This document shows, piece by piece, positions 1 to 12,200 of a DNA stretch of 64,000 nucleotides (position 1 is its first letter; the number at the start of each line of letters is the position of its first letter). Below the pieces are notes generated by a model. The model had not been told where the DNA came from. It ran no database searches and saw only the letters and a program-made list of their open reading frames with translations. The translations under genes were made by a program, and so were the position numbers. The stretch is from Sphaerodactylus townsendi (taxonomy: Eukaryota), in contig NC_059427.1 of NCBI RefSeq assembly GCF_021028975.2, positions 122,388,001 to 122,452,000 of the forward strand, written 5' to 3'.

Positions 1-82
1 GCAATGTAATCATTAAGTGGCGATAGTGATAGCAAGCCACCTCTTGTGCCCATACATCTCCTCGACTTGCCAGGGAGCTCAC

Positions 83-237
83 CTGTGCACAGAAGTGAAG
101 TTCAGTCCTTTGTCATTTGTTACAGTGATGGCCTGTTTGACAGCAGCATGCAAAAGGTGGATGTTCTTATCGTGGAAGCAACTCTGGTAATTGATCGCCA
201 GCACCACAAGGAGGAAAAGCATGTGAGTGATGCAGTT
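83..237 (-). CDS. Exon 38 equivalent (TM6, start of TOP domain)
   Basis: ccag|AACTGC...CACAG|gtgagc; [37 protein letters not shown]. Confidence 0.9.
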
Positions 238-3200
238 CTGGGGAAGAGGAAAGAAAACAATGCGGAACTGAAATGGTGTAGTATAGAATGCCAGTATTGC
301 AGAAGAGAGGTTTTTAACATGAAAATGACTGAAATCTGGTGGCTGAGAGACAAAACATTTTTCTAGTCACTAATTTGGATCTATTATCCCGTTTACATAC
401 AAACAGGTGTAATATTAGGCTGTGTGAAAAGATGAACAACTGTACAACTATAAAAACAAATGATAATTGGCAATAATAGTGGTCAGATCCATTTCAATCA
501 GGTGGGCAGCAGTTGTAAATAGCAGATGATATCTCTGGTTTGTAAGGCTAGTATAGTTCAAAGCAAAGAGTTTAATCAGCATTTGTCCCCGTCCACTGTT
601 TAATTATACAGCCAAGGGTGTACCGACCTAGGGACATGGGGACACCCATGTCCCTGAGCACATGCCTTTTGGTCACGTTGGGGGGTGCTGGACACCCCCC
701 ATGTGACGAAATGGCCAGCGCCCACCCCGTAGTGCCCTGCCCCCCTCCTGGCCTCTTGGCAGGCTGGCTTCTGCCCTCCCCAGGCCCTTGGGAGAGCAGC
801 AGCTGGCCTCCAGGGACATGCAGGGGAGGCAGTGCTCCACCCCCCTCCCTGCAGCCTGGCATCTGCCCTCCCCAGAGCCTGGAGAGAGCAGGAGCTGGTT
901 TCCAGGGACTAGAGATGTGGCGCCGTCCCCAAGCCCCTACCCCCACGGACTCCTTGCAGCCAGGCTTCTCCCTTCTTAGAGCCTGGGGAGAGCAGGAGCC
1001 AAGCCAGCTTCCAGGAAACTACTTTTAAAAGCACAGAGGCCGGGGGTTGAACTCAGGGGCCCCGAGCCCCATCCATGGCCTCCGTGCTTTAAAAAGCATG
1101 TCCCTGTAGGCTGGCTCGGTTCCTGCTTTCCCCAGGCTCTGGGGAGGGCAGAAGTTGCGCTGCAGGGAGCCCGGAGGCGGGACTCAGGGCCACACCCATG
1201 AACCCTGCCCCCAGGCACAGGCGGGGCATCTGGAGAAAGACTGTCTCTAGGCACCATTTCCACCACCACCCCATACACCTTTGTATATAGCCCTGCCTTT
1301 GTGCAAGTCACTAATATTTAGCAAAATCTAGAAAAAACACTATCATTCTCTTGCAGAGGGGACAGATAATGGTTTTTAAGCTTGTTGAAGGTGATCAATA
1401 TAAGGCAGCCATTATTGCCAGTCGTATACACCATCATTTCTTTTGCTATCACAAAACAAATTTTCCAAAATGTTCAAAGCACAATATTCTGCAAAAGGAT
1501 GACAATGGGCAACAATGGCTCTTTTATACCACTTTCAACTTTCAGAAAAAATAGTCTTTAATCCTTAGTTTTAGCCATATTAATACATTTAAAATCTAAA
1601 TGTATTCTGACATCTAGTGGCCACGGAAAGTCCTAACATGGGTGATACAATTTTTTAACCGGTGGCATAGGGGGAAAAACCCATTCTGCTTTTGCATGGC
1701 TGGGTCCTTCATCTTGCAGCAACAACATATACCAGGTGCAACCAGCTGGATTGTCCTGATTATGACAACTCTCTCTGACAGCATCTCCCTCAAGGCTACT
1801 TTCCAGAGTCTCCTTCTACATTCTGGAGAATACTTTTGCCATCTCTCATTTCCTACAGTTGTTATTAGCATTGTAAAGGATAAAACAAAGGGGTGTCCAT
1901 TAACAGCCCAATTTTCCTTTCAAACACCGAGGCACACACATTAAAAAAGTCGCATTTCAACTAGAGAAACTGAGTGGGGGGGTTGATGGGTTAGACCTTT
2001 TACATCCCTGATCTTTGTCACGTATGTTTTGACCCAAAGACAATCACATTTATATAACGTAACCTTCAATGTCTTACAGTTCACTTACTTCATCAAATGC
2101 TCAATGAATTGAACGCTAGTACATAAAAGACTGCTTTTGGGTAAATTATGATACCAAAAGAGAAAATGCTTCAGCTTTTGCCATCAAAAACAATGCCATT
2201 GGCCTCGTCAGCCAGGTCACAGTGGGAAACGGATTCATTAGTCCTGGTTTTTTTTTTTAAATGATCAGTTGACAGGCAAACAGATCTATTCTAAACAGTG
2301 ACACTCTTCTGATTCCACTGAAGTCAAAGAGACATTGCCATTAGAGTTGGTTTTTATACTCAACTTGTATTGAGTCTCAAAGTGTATTGTCGAAGGCTTT
2401 CACAGCCGGATTCAACTGGTTCTGGTGGGTTTTCTGGCCTGTGCTAACACAGGATTTGCATTCACCAATACTACAGCTGCTGCAGGGCATGAAAATGTGA
2501 ATCACTCCCTGGACTGATAAGCCCCTCCCGCAATATAATACTATCAACCACATTTCTGCATAACAAGTTCCACTCAAACACTTACTGATTGGTTCCCCAC
2601 CCTGGGACATGGACAATATATACCCCAAACATTTCCTTCTCTCTGGATACAGTGATACACCTCTGTGATACACCTCTAAAGATGCCAGTCACAGATGCAG
2701 GCGAAACATTAGGAACAAGATCCACCAGACCACGGCCACACAGCCCAGAAAACCCACCAGAACCAATTTCAAAATGATTTACAATCACCTTCCCTTCCCC
2801 TCCCTACAACAGACACCTTGTGAGGTAGGTGAGGCTGAGAGAGTTCAGAGAGAATTGTGACTGGCTTAAAATCACCTAGGAGGCTTCATGTGGAGGCTTC
2901 ATATTGCTGTGATGTGTGAAAGTAAGGCAATGTCCCACAGAGCATCCAGATGTCACTTCACAATAATTTCAGACTTGTGGGGGACCATGGTAATGAGCAT
3001 ACCACAATTACATATACCATCAGAATCACCACCACCACACCCGTACTGAGTACTGTACAAGGTGAAGCATTACACCTTGTACAGCAGTGAGCAGCAGTGG
3101 CGTAGTGGTTAAGAGCAGGTGCATTCTAAACTGGAGGAACCGGGTTTGATTCCCCGCTCTGCCGCCTGAGCTGTGGAGGCTTATCTGGGGAATTCAGATT

Positions 3201-6200
3201 AGCCTGTACACTCCCACACACGCCAGCTGGGTGACCTTGGGCTAGTCACAGCTTTCCGGGGCTCTCTCAGCCCCACCTACCTCTCAGGGTGTTTGTTGTG
3301 AGGGGGGAAGGGCAAGAAGATTGTAAGCCCCTTTGAGTCTCCTACAGGAGAGAAAGGGGGGATATAAATCCAAAATCTTCTTCTTCTACATCCCTGAGTC
3401 ATACTATAAGCTCAATGAGGTCTCCAGCAGGGGTCCTCTTTCAAACCAGGTACTCTGAAGCTTAAAAGCTAATAGTGGTGTTTTCCACACGGACCTTATA
3501 TCCTGGGATGGGGAGGTGAAATATTCTGGTCTGCGCATGACTTCCACATGGCTTCTGGCTCTAAATCAGGCCCACCCTGTGAGATTTCTCTTCTCCCAGG
3601 GTTTTCAAAAATCGCTAAATTGGCAGTTCTTTTGAAAAACCCCACTCCCATGCAAACACTGCAGGAGACAGACCGGTTTATTTTTCCCGCCTCACCGCCT
3701 GCTCTCCCCACCCCAGAACGTCGGAAAAATTGGAATGTTCATGCATGCGTGGAAACGTTTGTTTGGAAAATGAAAATAAACGGGGGCTTGTGCATAATTA
3801 GCTGGAGTTCTTTCTTCTCTTAACCTGATAAAGGGCAGCCACGTGAAGGAAGAAACCGAGATACAAACAACCCGGGATGTATGATCCCGGGTCTATACCA
3901 GGATATTAGGTCCAACCAGAAAATGCAAGTGTCAGTGAGCTTCAAATATACAGTCAGTGGTTTCTCACTGAGCTACAGTGGCTTAGAAATTCCATTAGGT
4001 CCAAAAATCATAAAGTCCTGTTGTTTCCCATGTGGCTGGTTAGCGAAGGTAGAAAACGGGATAATTCTCCCCGTTGGGCTGTTTTTAAAACATGTTTTAG
4101 AAATATGGTAAAGTTCCTTGTTTAAGGAAAGTATCCTTCTTTTGATTTTCTAGAAACAAAATTAAGTATTTGAAAGTATTAAGTATTTGACAGGCAGTCA
4201 ATTAGGTGAAAAGTAGTTATTTCTGTTGGCAGTAGACGATAGGACTTGCTATAATGAGTTTAAATTATGGACAGAAAGATACCAGCTGGAAATTAGGAAC
4301 TTTTTTTTTTACAGTAAGAGTTTTTTACAGTAACAGAGAAATTATTAATGCCCCGCCCCTGGAATGCCTGGCCACGCCCCCCTTGTGCCCCGCCCAGCCC
4401 CATTGGCGCTACGCCATTGTTTGAATCCCACCACCAAGGGAACCTGTTACTAAATTTTTTGGATCCCACCACTGGATAAAAGGGTCAACTTACCCGCATC
4501 ATCCGCCTAAGTACACGGACCTTTTTGGCCTCTTCCTTAGCTTGCAACAGCCCATAACCACAGGGCACTCGTACCTTCCCAACTCTCTCAGGCATCTGCT
4601 TCACCAGAGGCTTCTCCACCAGCACCTCCCCTTCACACTCCACTGGCTTGCTAAGGAGGGCAGCATGCAGAGCCCCAATCACTACCTGAGAGAACAGGTA
4701 AATCTTAGAGTCAGAGGATGATAAAATGAGCCATGCACTACTCTTGGCTTGCAGAACAAGCATCACAAGCTACAGTAAATAGAACACAACTAAACATGAA
4801 AAGGATCTCACCGCTGCTTCTTGTGGCTTCTTTTTATTTCTAACAATTCTTAGCCAAAATTAGGAGGACAACCTGAGAGGCATGTACACCACACTCTAAT
4901 GGTGTTTGGTTGTTTATACTTTCGATTTATTGGCCGCCCTCTCCCGAAGGGCTCAGGGCGGCTTACAACACAATAAAACTCAACAATATCAATATTATTT
5001 TAAAACAACCACAATATGCGATCTAAAAAAACCAGAATAAAATCCAAAACAGTTTAGATGCCGATAAAAATCCCAGTTTAGATGCCGATAAAAATGGTTA
5101 ATTCCATACACAGTCCTTGCATGACTCCCCACTTTCAGAATCTTATTGGTCTCTCCCTCTCTCCTTCAAGTGTTCTTTAACTAGGTGAATTAGAAAGGAG
5201 TCTGTATCAGTAGCTACAAATTTGTACTATAAAGGCCAGACATAAGGCTTGATTGCAAGACACCTATCTTCTATTACAGGGCTGGTTCCAGGTGGCAGAG
5301 TTGGCCCTAGGCAACAGGATATAAGTGGGCCCCGTGTTCTCCTTTGCTACAGCCTCTAGGGGCTTTTCCCCACTCACCGTTTGTTGTGCGCTACTCTCGC
5401 CAAGTAACACGGGGTCCAGCAGCACTCCCCACTACAAGGGCGGCAACAACGCACCCGCCCCGACTCTGCCACTCTCGCGCCCCCTCAGTGCGCATCATTT
5501 CTGGCGCTGTTCGAACAGTGCCTTTTGGATGACCCTGCGCAGAGCGCGGGGCAGTGGGGAAGCCTGGGTGGTTACCCTGGGTTTCCATTTTCCCGTCGCT
5601 TATAACGTGGACCCTCCAGTCCAATCAGGGCATGGGGGGGGGGGGCGTGCGCAATGCGCGTGCAGCTCGTTTTAAATTTATGTGTCCACAAATAGACGTG
5701 GGTTCGTCAGAACGTGTGGGAATTGCAACCCACAGGCAAAGCTTTGTAGAGGAAGCGCTTGGCTTAAAAAAGAATCGCCCNNNNNNNNNNNNNNNNNNNN
5801 NNNNNNNNNNNNNNNNNNNNNNNNNNNNNNNNNNNNNNNNNNNNNNNNNNNNNNNNNNNNNNNNNNNNNNNNNNNNNNNNNNNNNNNNNNNNNNNNNNNN
5901 NNNNNNNNNNNNNNNNNNNNNNNNNNNNNNNNNNNNNNNNNNNNNNNNNNNNNNNNNNNNNNNNNNNNNNNNNNNNNNNNNNNNNNNNNNNNNNNNNNNN
6001 NNNNNNNNTTGCTGGCTTGCAAGAGGCTGCGAGTGGCTTCCTGGGGTCTGGCGGCCCAGGTCAGTCAGCTGGCTGGCGGCGTTCTAGAATTTTGAAACTT
6101 TTCCAGGCTGCCTGGCTGCTTGTGATTGGCCGAGGCAGATGGAACCTCCATGCAAATGAAGCCACGCCACCTCACCGCCTGGAGATCAATAGAGATCTGA

Positions 6201-9200
6201 GAAAGGAGCATGCATTCCGGCTTGGCAAGCTCCAGGAAAACCTGCCCTGGCCAAAAATCGCCCCCCAAATGGGTCCCCCAAGCCAGGTGAGAAAGCCCAC
6301 CCCCCGGCAGCCCCCGTGCCCCCATACGAGCATCCCCAGCATGTCTCTAAAGCGAGCGTTCTTTCCCTCTTATTTCTTATGAGCCCAGGATGAGCAGCAA
6401 TTTGTCCAGTTCAAAATTGAAAAAAAAATTCCCGGTGCAACACAACGCAGCAGCCAATCAGAACACCCCCTGAGCGAATTGTGGGGAGTCCTGCCTGGCT
6501 GCTGTGCAGCTGCCATGCTCATTGGAGGAAGGGGCAGAAGCAGCGGTGGGGAACATGACCCCGCGCTAAAAAGGTCCTGGAACAAATGAAACCGGTGAGT
6601 ATCGACATTATTTTAAAAGTGGGGAAACAACCTAGGTTGGGACATTCTTGAAGATTCCTGGGGAAGGTGGGATTTGGGGAGAGACCTGAAGGAGTCATAA
6701 TGCCATAGACTCCACCCTCCAGAACAGCCATTTTCTCCATGGGAACTGATCTTTGGAGATCAGCTGTAATTCTGTGAGATTTCCAGACCCTAACTGGACA
6801 CTAGCAACCCATTCTCTGCTAACTACTCTCTTTTCTATTTCCATTTCTATTTTCTGGGGAAAAAATAATTCATTCAAAATCCTTTCTTGATTGATGATTT
6901 TCTGGGTTGCTGTTGCACAATCTGTGGATTCTGTTGTATTTTTGAAAACGCATGGGATCTGGGATTAATGGGAGAACATTGTAAATAGTACCAAGGAATT
7001 CATTATAACGTCACCTTCAATGGCTCCAGAAAGGTGACAGAAGTTATAAAAGCACAGGAAGAGGAGATCAGCCACATCAAGGTAGTATGTTCAAGGAAGA
7101 AAGAACCATAACAAATGTTAATGGAAAAACAGCCAGCTACCAGCAAGAAGATTAACATGTAGATTGCTGGCAGCATCGCAGGAGGGAACAGCCGTTCCTG
7201 AGGTCTTCGGGGTACCCCTGGGGAAAAAAAGCCACCAAGGATGAGGATTGTGCACAGGCCAAATTCCTATTGTTTTACTCTCAAGAATAATGCACAGAAT
7301 GGGGTGCTGCGTGGTTTCTGGGCTGTATGGCCGTGTTCTAGCAGCATTCTCTCCTGACATTTCGCCTGCAACTGCATCCTCTGAAGAGGCCAGCCACAGA
7401 TGCAGGCGAAACATCAGGAGAGAATGCTGCTAGAACACAGCCATACAGCCCGGAAACCACGCAGCACCCCAGTGATTCTGGCTGTGAAAGCCTTCAACAA
7501 TACCATGCACAGAATCATTATTATCTCCACTACTAGTAACATAAAATATCAATCCAGCAGAAGGGGACAAAATTATCCTTACCTCAACTATTTCTACCCC
7601 ATAATGTCCTTCACATAAATATAAATAGATTCTTGCCCTATTTCAGAAAATAAGCCAGTTTTTCACCACTATCAATGCGTTCCATAAATGCAGTAATATT
7701 TAACATTTAACTCTATCCTAGTTTTCTGGGATATATAATTAAAAAAATCACATAAAATATTTAATTTAAAAAAATCACAAAACAAGAAACAAAATAATCA
7801 AAATATACTGAATTACAAATACAGAAATGGAAAACAATAATCAGCTTTTTATGTGTACTTCTCCTCTTCCAATGACATAAACAAAATAGTGTTGCGTGCA
7901 GTCTAAAAAGAAGAGTGGGCCAGGAATTGTTCTTTAGAGCAATATAAATTTTAGGTGCCATTATAGAAAAGGTGGACCAATGCAGTATGCTCTAGGAACA
8001 TTACAACCCCACCCTCCAATTTCCAAATTGAGGTTGTTACAGCTGCTTTTTTTGAGCAGAAGAATGTTATGGATAAAGAATTTATCTTTTCTTTTCCTGT
8101 TCCTTCCTGATCAACAATGCCACCTCTGAGCTGCTGACACACTTGCTGGTGAAAAATATGGATATCATAAATTTTCCCAGTCTATATATATAAACGTGAA
8201 ATACCACTGACTGACTGACTGACTGACTGACTGACTGATTCATCAAAAGAACTCAAAAACCACTGAAACTACAAAGTTGAAATTTGGCACACCGGTTCGT
8301 TATGTGCTTCAGGTGCTCGCTAAGAAAGGATTTTCCAAAATATTCACTTCCACTCGACTTATTAGATATTTACTGTTCAACTCTGGCCATCTGCATGAAC
8401 ATTCTAAGGGTGACAGTTAAAACCCACAAGTTTCATGTCCTTCAACATGGTATTTTCGATGGTTTTTGAGTTCTTTTGATGAGTCAGTCAGTCAGTCAGT
8501 CAGTCAGTCAGTCAGTCAGTCAGTCAGTCAGTCAGTCAGTCAGTCAGTCAGTCAGTCAGTCAGTCAGTCAGTAGTATTTCGTGTTTATATATATATAGCT
8601 TCGTTTTACAAGACATTTTAATGAAGGGCACTTTGAAGCTCTAACTCCATTTGTTGCATTGACAAGTTCTGCTAATGCCCACCAAACAACAAGCACGATT
8701 GATCCAATGGTGCGCCAACTGCACTCTAACACCACCCTCCTCAACGCATACAAACCTGTTCCTTCTGCTGAAACGGCTAAAGGGAGAAGAGGAATTAAAC
8801 ACAGAAAGCGATTTACACATTGCGTTAGAAAAAGATAACTACAGGAAGCTGCTGCAAAAAAAATGTGAAAATCAACCAGTCAGTCCACAGACAGGCTGTG
8901 AGGAAATATGCTGCATGTCACCCCAAAGTTCACAAACAGGCTGTAAAGAAGTATGCTGAATGTCACCCGAAGTTAACAGACAGGCTGTGAAAAAGTATTC
9001 CTCGACCAACCCTCACGTTAACCAGACCACTACAGACAAATACAATCAAAACAGATTACAAACCACATTATCACCTTGGACTAAGAAACATGAAGGCTCT
9101 GTACAAACACGTGATTGAAGCCACAATTTGCACAGGCGTTTGCCAAGGAGAAACCGTATTTATTCCCCGTATTCCTCTAATCTCATCAGACTACCACTTT

Positions 9201-12200
9201 GAATTTAAAAGGCTGCAATTTCCGGTAAAACTGTGTTACGCCGTTACTATCAATAAGGCACAAGGGCAGAGTTTGAAAGTGGCTGGTGTAGATCTAAGGC
9301 GTGACTGCTTCTCCCATGGTCAGTTGTATGTGGCGTGCTCCAGAGTTAGTTCACCTGACAGTTTCATCCTCCAACCAGAGAGAAAAACCAAGAATGTTGT
9401 CTACAGGGAAGTTTTGAACACTTAATCTGAGGGAGAAATGAAACTTCCATGCTGAACAAGTTATTAGTAAATAGTTCATAGTGTTTATGTATTCATTAAA
9501 TTTCAAACTTTAAGAGTATTTTTATCCGGTAAGTTTTATATTTACTATTTAGTATTCACTATATATTTAGTATTTAGTGAATTTATCAGGCTGAATGGCT
9601 CAAAACTTCATTCCACTTTCAAGTTACCATTACTCAAGTTCAACAAAACATGTATTAGTATTTGGATTTCTGCATTCCATTTTTTTAAACTCTCTGTAGC
9701 GAAGCACGGGTATCCTGCTAGTAGCCTGAATAGCTCAGGCTAACCTGAGCTCATGAGAGCTTGGAAACTAAGAAAGGTTGGCCATGATTACTTGGATGAG
9801 AGACCCCCAAGGAAGACAAGAGGAAGGCAATGGCCAACCACCCCTGCTCATCTCTTGTCCTGAAACCCCCTTGAGGGGATGTTGATTGCAACTTGATGGT
9901 TTCAGAGGAAAGTGGTAAAGATCTCTTTCTCTCTCCCATCATTCTGCTTCTCGCAAAAGTAACCTCAACATTTACACTGGATGGAGGGGATGTCTTTTGA
10001 CATTATTAGAAAACTAAACATAACGTACTGTTCTGCCTGTGTACTGTAGAAGTCATAATCAAATTAAATCACAGGATTACAATGTGATTATGCACAAAAT
10101 CTGAACTCCTATATCTGTGGTGGCGAACCTTTGGCACTCCAATTGGCCATGCTGGCAGGGGCTGATGGGAATTGTAGTCCATAACATCTGGAGTGCCAAA
10201 GGTTCGCCACCACTGTATCTTTCCCCAGCATTTTAGAAATGCTCTGAAAGTGTCTTGTTTTACTTTCTCTGCATATCTAAGTAGTATAGGTGTATAGCTT
10301 TGCTTTCCCCTTTTCACAACTTTGACAGCTACTTCCGGTCCCGCCCCCTTTCCTCCTTTGGAATGGGAAAACAACATCTTCCATCCTGCCAGAGCTGAAA
10401 ACAGCTCACATTCCCAAACCTGTGAGCATTTGAGGCTAATTAAAGGGGAGTGAATTAAAAGGTGTGAATTAAAGGGGTGAATAACATGCTTTTGAAACGT
10501 GTGTTTGATTTTATTTGGGCTGTGCGTGGAAATTGGTTTGTGTTTTGTGTGTTTTAACAAGAGGCTGTAGTCTGGGGCAGTGATCAGAGAGCAAAATGTT
10601 AGTTTCCCCAGATGCTGGTACAGTGAATGCAGTGTTTGAGAAGGGGACTTCACCAGTTTTTACACACTTTGTGGAGAACACCGAGTGCATAAGCAAACCC
10701 ATTCCTTATCCCACAGCACCCTGTGTTTTACACTTTCCCTGTTTTACTAGCGTTCTCTGGGGAGAACACAGAAAAGCAAACCCCACCCACCCCCTTTCTC
10801 TCTCTTTCTATGGAAAGCCTTTCACCTGTTGTCCCTCCCATCCCAGGTGTTTTAAATTCAGACAGTCCTATGATTTTTCAGCTTATGGTTTTACAGCATG
10901 TTCTGCATACTCTTTCATTCCCCAAACTGTGAGCTTGTTTCTAATGCATGCCCTTTTCAAATTTGGCAGGAAACGGATGCATTTCCAAAATACACAGACG
11001 GATACAATGATCCCAGCATCAGAGATCCACACAGCATCCTCCTTGGGAATGGGGAAAACAATTAGTCAGCATATCCTGCCAGAAGCTAAAAATAGCTCAC
11101 ATCCCCAAAACTGGGAGCATTTGCTCCTTGAAAAGTTTCCTGCCAGAAGCTAAATTAACTCACACACTTTATAAAATGATATCAAATGGGCATTGAACCA
11201 TCGGGATAGGGAATATAAGTTCTGAGGTGTTTCCTGCAAGATGCTAAAAAATAGTTCACCTCACTCCCAAGCCTTTTCACTTCCTTCAGCCAGGTGCAAA
11301 GCAGATTCTCTTTCCAAACGTAATGAAGCTGACAGCCCCAGAGCCTCAAATTCCCCTTTGAAAAAACCATGTGTGTGCCCATGTGGGGGTGAATGTTGAA
11401 AACGTAGGACAAATGTGGTGCTTCTGCTATGAGCCTGCAGCTGAAGGTGTGGTAACAGAGGCTTTAGCAGATATGCTTTTGCAAAACAGAACGTTTGTGC
11501 CCTTTTGCACAGTGTATATGTTTCAAGCTGACATTCACAGTAGAAACGCACACGCACCAATCCTGCAGAGTAGACCTGTCCCAATAAACCATGCAAACCT
11601 GGCCATTCCCTTACCAAGTCGATATCATGAGCACAGACATCTCTGTCTCTGATGTATGCATTTTCCCATATGTTAAGAATTTTTTAAAAAAGAAAGCCCA
11701 CCATTGTTCTGAATAAATATTGACTTTACAATAAATATTGACTATACAAAGTGCAGGGCCATTATCAGCGCGTAGGTTTAAGCAGTAAGCAGAAAATGTG
11801 CAGGCATCCAGAAACTGTGGAGAACCAGTGTGTTGTAGCAGTTAAGAAATCACACACATTTGCACGTAGGAATCGGTTTTTATTTAATTATAATTTCATA
11901 GCTGATATTTGTGTGAATTTTACAGTTTTATATACCCCCTTCTAGGTTCTCATGCAGAGCAGGCTATGGCATTAGCCCACAAAATCCAAAAGCAGATTGA
12001 ACGCACCCAAGTTACAGCATTCTAAAGTTACAGTTACACGCGTTGTGAAGGAATATACCCACACGATCTGTTTCCCCACCCTTCCTTGTAAGCACCCAGG
12101 ATGGTGATGGGGTGATAGTAGCAGCGCTACTGAATTCCCTAGGGAGTTTGTTGTGCATTTTACCACGAAAGCATGTTAGGTGACCAAAGCCGGTCATTAT

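Noticed and set aside
3089-3160. tRNA gene
   Set aside because: The A/B boxes belong to a SINE head followed by CORE and tail; I could not fold a complete cloverleaf.
5554-6095. ORFs of 114-177 aa
   Set aside because: Open only because they span the N gap.
8675-8959. 94-aa ORF as a gene
   Set aside because: Off-frame reading of the Helitron remnant; the informative frame is the interrupted one starting at 8599.
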